This document shows positions 40,170-52,199 of a stretch of 64,000 nucleotides of DNA, in pieces. Below the pieces are notes generated by a model. The model did not search any database and had not been told where the DNA came from. It worked only from the letters and a program-made list of their open reading frames with translations. This DNA comes from Eledone cirrhosa (taxonomy: Eukaryota). Position 1 is the first letter of the stretch, and every line of letters begins with the position of its first letter. The stretch lies in assembly GCA_964016885.1 (NCBI GenBank), contig OZ024742.1, positions 348,564,001-348,628,000 of the forward strand. Reading direction: 5' to 3'. Both the position numbers and the translations under genes were made by a program.

Positions 40170-43030
40170 TCAGGTGTAGTTGGACAGTTAAGGTGTTCTA
40201 CTCAGGTGTAGTTGGACAGTTAAGGTGTTCTACTCAGGTGTGGTTGGACAGTTAAGGTGTTCTACTGATGTGTGGTTGATTAGTTAAGGTGTTCTACTCA
40301 GGTGTGTTTGAACAGTTAAGGTGTTCTACTCAGGTGTGGTTGGACAGTTAAGGTGTTCTACTGATGTGTGGTTGGTTAGTTAAGGTGTTCTACTCAGGTG
40401 TGGTTGAACAGTTAAGGTGTTCTACTCAGGTGTGGTTGGACAGCTAAGGTGTTCTACTCAGGTGTAGTTGGACAGTTAAGGTGTTCTACTCAGGTGTAGT
40501 TGAACAGTTAAGGTGTTCTACTCAGGTGTAGTTGGACAGTTAAGGTGTTCTACTCAGGTGTAGATGGACAGTTAAGGTGTTCTATTCAGGTGTGGTTGAA
40601 CAGTTAAGGTGTTCTACTCAGGTGTGGTTGGACAGTTAAGGTGTTCTATTCAGGTGTAGTTGGACAGTTAAGGTGTTCTACTCAGGTGTGGTTGAACAGT
40701 TAAGGTGTTCTACTCAGGTGTAGTTGGACAGTTAAGGTGTTCTACTCAGGTGTAGTTGGACAGTTAAGGTGTTCTATTCAGGTGTGGTTGAACAGTTAAG
40801 GTGTTCTACTGATGCGTGGTTGGACAGTTAAGGTGTTCTACGCAGGTGTAGTTGAACAGTTAAGGTGTTCGACTGATGTGTGGTTGGACAGTTAAGGTGT
40901 TCTACTCAGGTGTTGTTTGACAGTTAAGGTATTCTACTCAGGTGTGGTTGGACAGTTAAGGTGTTCTACTGATATGTGGTTGGACAGTTAAGGTGTTCTA
41001 CTGATATGTGGTTGGTTAGTTAAGGTGTTCTACTCAGGTGAAGTTGAACAGTTAAGGTGTTCTACTCAGGTGAAGTTGGTCATTTAAGGTGTTCTATTCA
41101 GGTGTAGTTGGACAGTTAAGATGTTCTACTGTTGTGTGGTTGGTTAGTTAAGGTGTTCTACTCAGGTGTGGTTGGACAGTTAAGGTGTTCTACTCAGGTG
41201 TGGTTGGACAGCTAAGGTGTTCTATTCTGGTGTAGTTGGACAGTTAAGGTGTACTACTCAGGTGTAGTTGGACAGTTAAGCTGTTCTCCTGATGTGTGGT
41301 TGGTTAGTTAAGGTGTTCTACTCAGGTGTAGTTGGACAGTTAAAGTGTTCTACTCAGCTGTGGTTGGACAGTTAAGATGTTCTACTGATGTGTGGTTGGT
41401 TAGTTAAAGTGTTCTACTCAGGTGTAGTTGGAGAGTTAAGGTGTTCTACTCAGGTGTGGTTGGACAGGTAAGGTGTTCTACTGATGTGTGGTTGGTTAGT
41501 TAAGGTGTTCTACTCAGGTGTGGTTGAACAGTTAAGGTGTTCTACTCAGGTGTGTTTGGACAGCTAAGGTGTTCTACTCAGGTGTAGTTGGACAGTTAAG
41601 GTGTTCTACTCAGGTGTAGTTGGACAGTTAAGGTGTTCTACTCAGGTGTGGTTGGACAGTTAAGGTGTTCTACTGATGTGTGGTTGATTAGTTAAGGTGT
41701 TCTACTCAGGTGTGTTTGAACAGTTAAGGTGTTCTACTCAGGTGTGGTTGGACAGTTAAGGTGTTCTACTGATGTGTGGTTGGTTAGTTAAGGTGTTCTA
41801 CTCAGGTGTGGTTGAACAGTTAAGGTGTTCTACTCAGGTGTGGTTGGACAGCTAAGGTGTTCTACTCAGGTGTAGTTGGACAGTTAAGGTGTTCTACTCA
41901 GGTGTAGTTGAACAGTTAAGGTGTTCTACTCAGGTGTAGTTGGACAGTTAAGGTGTTCTACTCAGGTGTAGATGGACAGTTAAGGTGTTCTATTCAGGTG
42001 TGGTTGAACAGTTAAGGTGTTCTACTCAGGTGTGGTTGGACAGTTAAGGTGTTCTATTCAGGTGTAGTTGGACAGTTAAGGTGTTCTACTCAGGTGTGGT
42101 TGAACAGTTAAGGTGTTCTACTCAGGTGTAGTTGGACAGTTAAGGTGTTCTACTCAGGTGTAGTTGGACAGTTAAGGTGTTCTATTCAGGTGTGGTTGAA
42201 CAGTTAAGGTGTTCTACTGATGCGTGGTTGGACAGTTAAGGTGTTCTACGCAGGTGTAGTTGAACAGTTAAGGTGTTCGACTGATGTGTGGTTGGACAGT
42301 TAAGGTGTTCTACTCAGGTGTTGTTTGACAGTTAAGGTATTCTACTCAGGTGTGGTTGGACAGTTAAGGTGTTCTACTGATATGTGGTTGGACAGTTAAG
42401 GTGTTCTACTGATATGTGGTTGGTTAGTTAAGGTGTTCTACTCAGGTGAAGTTGAACAGTTAAGGTGTTCTACTCAGGTGAAGTTGGTCATTTAAGGTGT
42501 TCTATTCAGGTGTAGTTGGACAGTTAAGATGTTCTACTGTTGTGTGGTTGGTTAGTTAAGGTGTTCTACTCAGGTGTGGTTGGACAGTTAAGGTGTTCTA
42601 CTCAGGTGTGGTTGGACAGCTAAGGTGTTCTATTCTGGTGTAGTTGGACAGTTAAGGTGTACTACTCAGGTGTAGTTGGACAGTTAAGCTGTTCTCCTGA
42701 TGTGTGGTTGGTTAGTTAAGGTGTTCTACTCAGGTGTAGTTGGACAGTTAAAGTGTTCTACTCAGCTGTGGTTGGACAGTTAAGATGTTCTACTGATGTG
42801 TGGTTGGTTAGTTAAAGTGTTCTACTCAGGTGTAGTTGGAGAGTTAAGGTGTTCTACTCAGGTGTGGTTGGACAGGTAAGGTGTTCTACTGATGTGTGGT
42901 TGGTTAGTTAAGGTGTTCTACTCAGGTGTGGTTGAACAGTTAAGGTGTTCTACTCAGGTGTGTTTGGACAGCTAAGGTGTTCTACTCAGGTGTAGTTGGA
43001 CAGTTAAGGTGTTCTACTCAGGTGTAGTTG
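40170..43030 (+). repeat. Near-perfect tandem duplication of 44 monomers (2 x 1408 bp)
   Basis: gattag 40278/41686 and tgaagttggtcattt 41071/42479, plus ggttagttaaagtg and ggacaggtaagg, all at offset 1408. No differences spotted by eye. Confidence 0.9.
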
Positions 43031-44699
43031 AACAGTTAAGGTGTTCTACTCAGGTGTAGTTGGACAGTTAAGGTGTTCTACTCAGGTGTAGATGGACAGT
43101 TAAGGTGTTCTACTCAGGTGTAGTTGGACAGTTAAGGTGTTCTATTCAGGTGTGGTTGAACAGTTAAGGTGTTCTACTCAGGTGTGGTTGGACAGTTAAG
43201 GTGTTCTACTCAGGTGTAGTTGAACAGTTAAGGTGTTCTATTCAGGTGTAGTTGGACAGTTAAGGTGTTCTACTCAGGTGTGGTTGAACAGTTAAGGTGT
43301 TCTACTCAGGTGTAGTTGGACAGTTAAGGTACTCTACTCAGGTGTAGTTGGACAGTTAAGGTGTTCTATTCAGGTGTGGTTGAACAGTTAAGGTGTTCTA
43401 CTGATGCGTGGTGGGACAGTTAAGGTGTTCTACGCAGGTGTAGTTGAACAGTTAAGGTGTTCTACTCAGGTGTAGTTGGACAGTTAAGTTGATCTATTCA
43501 GGTGTGGTTGAACAGTTAAGGTGTTATACTGATGTGTGGTTGGACAGTTAAGGTGTTCTACTCAGGTGTTGTTTGACAATTAAGGTATTCTACTCAGGTG
43601 TGGTTGGACAGTTAAGGTGTTCTACTGATATGTGGTTGGACAGTTAAGGTGTTCTACTGATATGTGGTTGGTTAGTTAAGGTGTTCTACTCAGGTGAAGT
43701 TGAACAGTTAAGGTGTTCTACTCAGCTGTAGTTGGACAGTTAAGGTGTTCTACTCAGGTGTGATTGAACAGTTAAGGTGTTCTACTCAGGTGTAGTTGGA
43801 CAGTTAAGGTGTTCTACTCAGGTGTAGTTGGACAGTTAAGGTGTTCTACTTAGGTGTGGTTGGACAGTTAAGGTGTTCTACTGATATGTGGTTGGTTAGA
43901 TAAGGTGTTCTACTCAGGTGAAGTTGAACATTTAAGGTGTTCTATTCAGGTGTAGTTGGACAGTTAAGGTGTTCTATTCAGGTGTGGTTGAAGAGTTAAG
44001 GTGTTCTATTCAGGTGTGGTTGGACAGTTAAAGTGGCCTACTCAGGTGTGGTTGGTTAGTTAAGGTGTGTTCTACTCAGGTGGAGTTGATCAGTTAAGGT
44101 GTTCTATTCAGGTGTATTTGGACAGTTAAGGTGGTCTACTCATGTGTAGTTGGACAGTTAAGGTGTTCTACTGATGTGTGGTTGGTTAGTTAAGGTGTTC
44201 TACTCAGGTGTAGTTTAACAGTTAAGGTGTTCTACTCAGCTGTGGTTGGACAGTTAAGGTGTTCTACTGATGTGTGGTTGGTTAGTTAAGGTGTTCTACT
44301 CAGGTGTAGTTGGATAGTTAAGGTGTTCTACTCAGGTGTGGTTGGACAGTTAAGGTGTTCTACTGATGTGTGTTTGGTTAGTTAAGGTGTTCTACTCAGG
44401 TGTGGTTGAACAGTTGAGTTGTTCTACTCAGGTGTGGCTGGACAGCTAAGGTGTTCTACTCAGGTGTAGTTGGACAGTTAAGGTGTTCTACTGATGTGTG
44501 GTTGGTTAGTTAAGGTGTTCTACTCAGGTGTAGTTGAACAGTTAAGGTGTTCTACTCAGCTGTGGTTGGACAGTTAAGGTGTTCTACTGATGTTATGGTT
44601 GGTTAGTTAAGGTGTTCTACTCAGGTGTAGTTGGACAGTTAAGGTGTTCTACTCAGGTGTGGTTGGACAGTTAAGGTGTTCTACTGATGTGTGTTTGGT

Positions 44700-47600
44700 T
44701 AGTTAAGGTGTTCTATTCAGGTGTAGTTGAACAGTTAAGGTGTTCTATTCAGGTGTGGTTGGTTAGTTAAGTTGGTCTACTCAGGTGCAGATGGATAGTT
44801 AAGTTGTTCTACTCAGGTGTAGATGGACAGTTAAGGTGTTCTACTCAGGTCTATTTTGACAGTTAAGGTGTTCTACTCAGGTGTGGTTGAACAGTTAAAA
44901 TGTTCTACTCAGGTATGGGTGGACAGCTAAGTTGTTCTACGCAGGTCTAGTTGGAGATTTAATGTGTTCTACTCAGGTGTAGTTGGACAGTTAATGTGTT
45001 CTCCTCATGTGTGATTGGACAGTTAAGGTGTTCTACTGATGTGTGGTTGGTTAGTTAAGGTGTTCTATTCAGGTGTAGTTGGACAGTTAAGGTGTTCTAC
45101 TCAGGTGTAGTTGGACAGTTAATGTGTTCTACTCAGGTTTAGTTGGACAGTTAAGGTGTTCTACTCAGGTGTGATTGGACAGTTAAGGTGTTCTACTCAG
45201 GTGTAGTTGGACAGTTAAGGTGTTCTCCTGATGCGTGGTTGGTTAGTTAAGGTGTTCTACTCAGGTGTAGTTGGACAGTTAAAGTGTTCTACTCAGCTGT
45301 GGTTGGACAGTTAAGATGTTCTACTGATGTGTGGTTGGTTAGTTAAGGTGTTCTACTCAGGTGTAGTTGAACAGTTAAGGTGTTCTACTCAGCTGTGGTT
45401 GGATAGTTAAGGTGTTCGACTGATGTGTGGTTGAACAGTTAAGGTGGTCTACTCAGGTGTAGTTGGACATTTAAGGTGTTCTATTCAGGTGTAGTTGGAC
45501 AGTTAAGTTGTTCTACTGATGTGTGGTTGAACAGTTAAGGTGTTCTAATCAGGTGTGGTTGGACAGTTAAGGTATTCTACTCATGTGTAGTTGAACAGTT
45601 AAGGTGTTCTATTCAGGTGTGGTTGGTTAGTTAAGGTGTTCTATTCAGGTGTGGTTGGTTAGTTAAGGTGGTCTACTCAGGTGTAGATGGACAGTTAAGG
45701 TGTTCTACTAAGGTGTGGTTGGTTACTTAAGGTGGTCTACTCAGGTGTAGATGGAGAGTTAAGGTGTTCCACTGATGTGTGGTTGGTTAGTTAATGTGTT
45801 CTACTCAGGTGTAGTTGAACAGTTAAGGTGTTCTACTCAGCTGTGGTTGGACAATTAAGGTGTTCTACTGATGTGTGGTTGGTTAGTTAAGGTGTTCTAC
45901 TCAGGTGTAGTTGGACAGTTAAGGTGTTCTACTCAGGTGTGGTTGGACAGTTAAGATGTTCTACTGATGTGTGGTTGGTTAGTTAAGGTGTTCTACTCAG
46001 GTGTGGTTGGACAGTTAAGGTGTTCTACTCAGGTGTGGTTGGACAGCTAAGGTGTTCTATTCAGGTGTAGTTGGACAGTTAAGGTGTTCTATTCAGGTGT
46101 AGTTGGACAGTTAAGGTGTTCTACTCAGGTGTAGATGGACAGTTAAGGTGTTCTCCTGATGTGTGGTTGGTTAGTTAAGGTGTTCTACTCAGGTGTAGTT
46201 GGACAGTTAAAGTGTTCTACTCAGCTGTGTTTGGACAGTTAAGATGTTCTACTGATGTGTGGTTGGTTAGTTAAGGTGTTCTACTCAGGTGTAGTTGGAG
46301 AGTTAAGGTGTTCTACTCAGGTGTGGTTGGACAGTTAAGGTGTTCTACTGATGTGTGGTTGGTTAGTTAAGTTGTTCTACTCAGGTGTGGTTGAACAGTT
46401 AAGGTGTTCTACTCAGGTGTGTTTGGACAGTTAAGGTGTTCTACTGATGTGTGGTTGGTTAGTTAAGGTGTTCTACTCAGGTGTGGTTGAACAGTTAAGG
46501 TGTTCTACTCAGGTGTGGTTGGACAGCTAAGGTGTTCTACTCAGGTGTGGTTGGACAGTAAATGTGTTCTACTGATGTGTGGTGGTTGGTTAGTTAAGGT
46601 ATTCTACTCAGGTGTAGTTGAACAGTTAATGTGTTCTACTCAGGTGTAGTTGGACAGTTAAGGTGTTCTACTCAGGTGTAGATGGACAGTTAAGGTGTTC
46701 TACTCAGGTGTAGTTGGACAGTTTAGGTGTTCTACTCAGGTATGGTTGAACAGTTAATGTGTTCTACTCAGGTGTGGGTGGACAGCTAAGGTGTTCTACT
46801 CAGGTGTAGTTGGACAGTTAAGATGTTCTACTCAGGTGTCGTTGGACAGGTAAGGTGTTCTACTCAGGTGTAGATGGACAGTTAAGGTGTTCTACTCAGG
46901 TGTAGTTGGACAGTTAAGGTGTTCTCCTCAGGTGTGATTGGGCAGTTAAGGTGTGCTACTGATGTGTGGTTGGTTAGTTAAGGTGTTCTATTCAGGTGTA
47001 GTTGGACAGTTAAGGTGTTCTACTCAGGTGTAGTTGGACAGTTAAGGTGTTCTACTCAGGTGTAGTTGGACAGTTAAGGTGTTCTACTCAGGTGTGATTG
47101 GACAGTTAAGGTGTTCTACTGATGTGTGGTTGGTTAGTTAAGGTGTTCTACTCAGGTGTAGTTGGACATTTAAGGTGTTCTATTCAGGTGTAGTTGGACA
47201 GTTAAGGTGTTCTACTGATGTGTGGTTGAACAGTTAAAGTGTTCTAATCAGGTGTGGTTGGACAGTTAAGGTGTTCTACTCATGTGTAGTTGAACAGTTA
47301 AGGTGTTCTATTCAGGTGTGGTTGGTTAGTTAAGGTGTTCTATTCAGGTGTGGTTGGTTAGTTAAGGTGGTCTACTCAGGTGTAGATGGACAGTTAATGT
47401 GTTCTACTCAGGTGTGGTTGGTTACTTAAGGTGGTCTACTCAGGTGTAGATGGACAGTTAATGTGTTCTACTGATGTGTGGTAGGTTAGTTAAGGTGTTC
47501 TACTCAGGTGTAGTTGAACAGTTAAGGTGTTCTACTCAGGTGTGGTTGAACAGTTAAGGTGTTCTACTCAGGTGTGGTTGGACAGCTAAGGTGTTATACT

Positions 47601-50600
47601 CAGGTGTGGTTGGACAGTTAAGGTGTTCTACTCAGGTGTGGTTGGTTAGTTAAGGTGTTCTACTCAAGTGTAGTTGGACATTTAAGGTGTTCTACTCAGG
47701 TGTAGTTGAACAGTTAATGTGTTCTATTCAGGTGTAGTTGAACAGTTAAGGTGTTCTATTCAGGTGTGATTGGACAGTTAAGGTGTTCTACTCAGGTATG
47801 GTTGAACAGTTAAGGTGTTCTACTCAGGTGTGGGTGGACAGCTAATGTGTTCTACTCAGGTGTAGATGGACATTTAAGGTGTTCTACTCAGGTGTAGTTG
47901 GACAGTTATTATGTTCTACGCAGGTGTAGATGGACAATTAAGGTGTTATACTCAGGTGTAGTTGGACAGTTAAGGTGTTCTACTCAGGTGTGGTTGAACA
48001 GTTAAGGTGTTCTACTCAGGTGTGGGTGGACAGCTAAGGTGTTCTACTCAGGTGTAGATGGACAGTTAAGGTGTTCTACTCAGGTGTAGTTGGACAGTTA
48101 AGGTGTTCTCCTCAGGTGTGATTGGGCAGTTAAGGTGTTCTACTGATGTGTGGTTGGTTAGTTAAGGTGTTCTATTCAGGTGTAGTTGGACAGTTAAGGT
48201 GTTCTACTCAGGTGTAGTTGGACAGTTAAGGTGTTCTACTCAGGTGTGATTGGACAGTTAAGGTGTTCTACCGATGTGTGGTTGGTTAGTTAAGGTGTTC
48301 TACTCAGGTGTAGTTGGACATTTAAGGTGTTCTATTCAGGTGTAGTTGGACAGTTAAGGTGTTCTACTGATGTGTGGTTGAACAGTTAAGGTGTTCTAAT
48401 CAGGTGTGGTTGGACAGTTAGGGGGTTCTACTCATGTGTAGTTGAACAGTTAAGGTGTTCTATTCAGGTGTGGTTGGTTAGTTAAGGTGTTCTATTCAGG
48501 TGTGGTTGGTTAGTTAAGGTGGTCTACTCAGGTGTAGATGGACAGTTAATGTGTTCTACTCAGGTGTGGTTGGTTACTTAAGGTGGTCTACTCAGGTGTA
48601 GATGGACAGTTAAGTTGTTCTACTGATGTGTGGTTGGTTAGTTATGGTGTTCTACTCAGGTGTAGTTGAACAGTTAAGGTGTTCTACTCAGCTGTGGTTG
48701 GACAGTTAAGGTGTTCTACAGATGTGTGGTTGGTTAGTTAAGGTGTTCTACTCAGGTGTAGTTGGACAGTTAATGTGTTCTACTGAGGTGTGTTTGAACA
48801 GTTAAGGTGTTCTACTCAGGTGTAGTTGGACAGTTAACGTGTTCTAATGATGTGTGGTTGTTTAGTTAAGGTGTTCTATTCAAGTGTAGTTGGACATTTA
48901 AGGTGTTCTACTCAGCTGTGGTTGGACAGTTAAGGTGTTCTACTGATGTTATGGTTGGTTAGTTAAGGTGTTCTACTCAGGTGTGGTTGGTTAGTTAAGG
49001 TGGTCTACGTAGGTGTGGTTGGTTAGTTAAGGTGGTCTACTTAGGTGTAGATGGACAGTTAAGATGTTCTACGCAGGTGTAGATGGACAGTTAAGGTGTT
49101 CTACTCAGGTCTAGTTGGACAGTTAAGGTGTTCTACTCAGGTGTGGTTGAACAGTTAATGTGTTCTACTCAGGTGTGGGTTGACAGCTACGGTGTTCTAC
49201 TCAGGTGTAGTTGGACAGTTAAGGTGTTCTACTCAGGTGTGGTTGGACAGGTAAGGTGGTCTACGTAGGTGTGGTTGGTTAGTTAATGTGGTCTACTTAG
49301 GTGTAGATGGACAGTTAAGATGTTCTACGCAGGTGTAGTTGGACAGTTAAGGTGTTATCGTCAGGTGTGATTGGACAGTTAAGGTGTTCTTCTGATGTGT
49401 GGTTGGTTAGTTAAGGTGTTCTATTCAGGTGTAGTTGGACAGTTAAGGTGTTCTACTCAGGTGTAGTTGGACAGTTAAGGTGTTCTACTCAGGTGTAGTT
49501 GGACAGTTAAGTTGTTCTACTCAGGTGTGATTGGACAGTTAAGGTATTCTACTGATGTGTGGTTGGTTAGTTAAGGTGTTCTACTCAGGTGTAGTTGGAC
49601 ATTTAAGGTGTTCTATTCAGGAGTAGTTGGACAGTTAAGGTGTTCTACAGATGTGTGGTTGAACAGTTAAGGTGTTCTAATCAGGTGTGGTTGGACAATT
49701 AAGGTTTTCTACTCAGGTGTAGATGGACAGTTAAGGTGTTCTATTCAGGTGTCGTTGGTTAGTTAAGGTGGTCTACTCAGGTGTAGATGGACAGTTAATG
49801 TGTTCTACTCAGGTGTGGTTGGTTACTTAAGGTGGTCTACTCAGGTGTAGATGGACAGTTAAGGTGTTCTACTCAGGTGTGGTTGGTTAGTTAAGGTGGT
49901 CTACTCAGGTGTAGATGGACAGTTAAGGTGTTCTACTCAGGCGTGGTTGGACAGTTAAGGTATTCTATTCATGTGTGGTTGGACAGTTAAGGTGTTCTAT
50001 TCAGGTGTAGTTGGACAGTTAAGGTGTTCTATTCAGGTGTAGTTGGACAGTTAAGGTGTTCTACTCAGGTGTAGTTGGACAGTTAAGGTGTTCTACTGAT
50101 GTGTGGTTGGTTAGTTAAGGTGTTCTACTCAGATGTAGTTGGACAGTTAAGGTGTTCTACTCAGGTGTGGTTGGACAGGTAAGGTGTTCTACTCAGCTCT
50201 GGTTGGACAGTTAAGGTGTTCTACTGATGTGTGGTTGGTTAGTTAAGGTGTTCTACTCAGGTGTGGTTGAACAGTTAAGGTGTTCTACTCAGGTGTGGTT
50301 GGACAGCTAAGGTGTTCTACTCAGGTGTGGTTGGACAGTTAAGGTGTTCTACTGATGTGTGGTTGGTTAGTTAAGGTGTTCTACTCAAGTGTAGTTGGAC
50401 ATTTAAGGTGTTCTACTCAGGTGTAGTTGAACAGTTAAGGTGTTCTATTCAGGTGTAGTTGGACAGTTAAGGTGTTCTACTCAGGTGTAGTTGGACAGTT
50501 AATGTGTTCTACTCATGTGTAGTTGAACAGGTAAGGTGTTCTCCTCAGGTGTGATTGGGCAGTTAAGGTGTTCTACTCAGGTGTGGTTGAACAGTTAAGG

Positions 50601-51500
50601 TGTTCTACTCAGGTGTAGGTGGACAGTTAAGGTATTCTACTCAGGTGTGATTGGAGAGTTAAGGTATTCTACTGATGTGTGGTTGGTTAGTTAAGGTGTT
50701 CTACTCAGGTGTAGTTGGACATTTAAGGTTTTCTATTCGGGTGTAGTTGGACAGTTAATGTGTTCTATTCAGGTGTGGTTGGTTAGTTAAGGTGTTCTAT
50801 TCAGGTGTGGTTGGTTAGTTAATGTGGTCTACTCAGGTGTAGATGGACAGTTAAGGTGTTCTACTCAGGTGTGGTTGGTTACTTAAGGTGGTCTACTCAG
50901 GTGTAGATGGACAGTTAAGATGTTCTACTGATGTGTGGTTGGTTAGTTAAGGTGTTCTACTCAGGTGTAGTTGGACAGTTAAGGTGTTCTACTCAGGTGT
51001 AGTTGGACAGTTCAGGTGTTCTACTGATGTGTGGTTGGTTAGTTAAGGTGTTCTACTCAGGTGTAGTTGGACATTTAAGCTGTTCTATTCAGGTGTAGTT
51101 GGACAGTTAAGGTGTTCTACTGATGTGTGGTTGAACAGTTAAGGTGTTCTACTCAGGTGTAGTTGAACAGTTAAGGTATCCTACTGATGTGTGGTTGGTT
51201 AGTTAAGGTGTTCTACTTATGTGTAGTTGAACAGTTAAGGTGTTCTATTCAGGTGTAGTTGAACAGTTAAGGTGGTCTATTCAGGTGTGGTTGTTTAGTT
51301 AAGGTGGTCTACTCAGGTGTAGATGGACAGTTAAGGTGTTCTACTCAGGTGTGGTTGGTTAGTTAAGGTGGTTTACTCAGGTGTATATGGACAGTTAAGG
51401 TGTTCTTCTCAGGTGTGGTTGGTTAGTTAAGGTGGTCTACTCAGGTGTAGATGGACAGTTAAGGTGTTCTACTCAGGTGTGGTTGGACAGTTAAGGTGTT
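44700..51500 (+). repeat. More diverged satellite layer with many private substitutions
   Basis: Singleton or rare variants cluster here: ctattttgac (44851), ttaaaatg (~44895), ggagatttaat (~44953), +3 gtggtggtt (~46581), cagttattatg (~47903), gggggttcta (48421), ttatcgtcagg (~49355). Local repeats: gattgggcag 46936/48120/50553 and ctacgtagg 49005/49261. Confidence 0.7.
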
Positions 51501-52199
51501 CTACTCAGGTGTGGTTGGACAGTTAAGGTGTTCTACTCAGGTGTGGTCGGACAGTTAAGGTGTTCTACTGATGTATGGTTGGAGAGTTAAGGTGTTCTAC
51601 TCAGGTGTGGTTGGACAGTTAAGGTGTTCTACTCAAGTGTAGGTGAACAGCTAAGGTGTTCTATTCAGGTGTAGTTGGACAGTTAAGGTGTTCTACTCAG
51701 GTGTAGTTGGACAGTTAAGGTGTTCTACTCAGGTGTGGATGGACAGTTAAGGTGTTCTACTGATGTATGGTTGGAGAGTTAAGGTGTTCTACTCAGGTGT
51801 GGTTGGACAGTTAAGGTGTTCTACTCAAGTGTAGGTGAACAGTTAAGGTGTTCTATTCAGGTGTAGTTGGACAGTTAAGGTGTTGTACTCAGGTGGGGCT
51901 GAACAGTTAAGGTGTTCTACTCAGGTGTAGTTGGACAGTTAAGGTGTTCTATTCAGGTGTGGTTGAACAGTTAAGGTGTTCTACTGATGTGTGTTTGGAC
52001 AGTTAAGGTGTTCTACTCAGGTGTAGTTGAACAGTTAAGGTGTTCTACTCAGGTGTGGATGGACAGTTAAGGTGTTCTACTGATGTATGGTTGGAGAGTT
52101 AAGGTGTTCTACTCAGGTGTGGTTGGACAGTTAAGGTGTTCTACTCAAGTGTAGGTGAACAGTTAAGGTGTTCTATTCAGGTGTGGTTGAACAGTTAAG

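Larger units (their letters stand above)
20570..44620 (+). repeat. Macro tandem duplication: ~10.7-kb block (20.57-31.27 kb) repeated as 31.27-44.62 kb with internal gains and losses
   Basis: Colinear rare markers at offset 10691: cctcagg 21031/31722, taaggtgtag 21161/31852, agataagg 21241/31932. Later markers stay colinear: -1 ggaagtt 23637,27478 vs 35992,39639; +2 aggtgtgttc 26941,30718 vs 39070,44063. Both copies end at +1 tgatgttatgg (~31243, ~44588). Confidence 0.8.
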
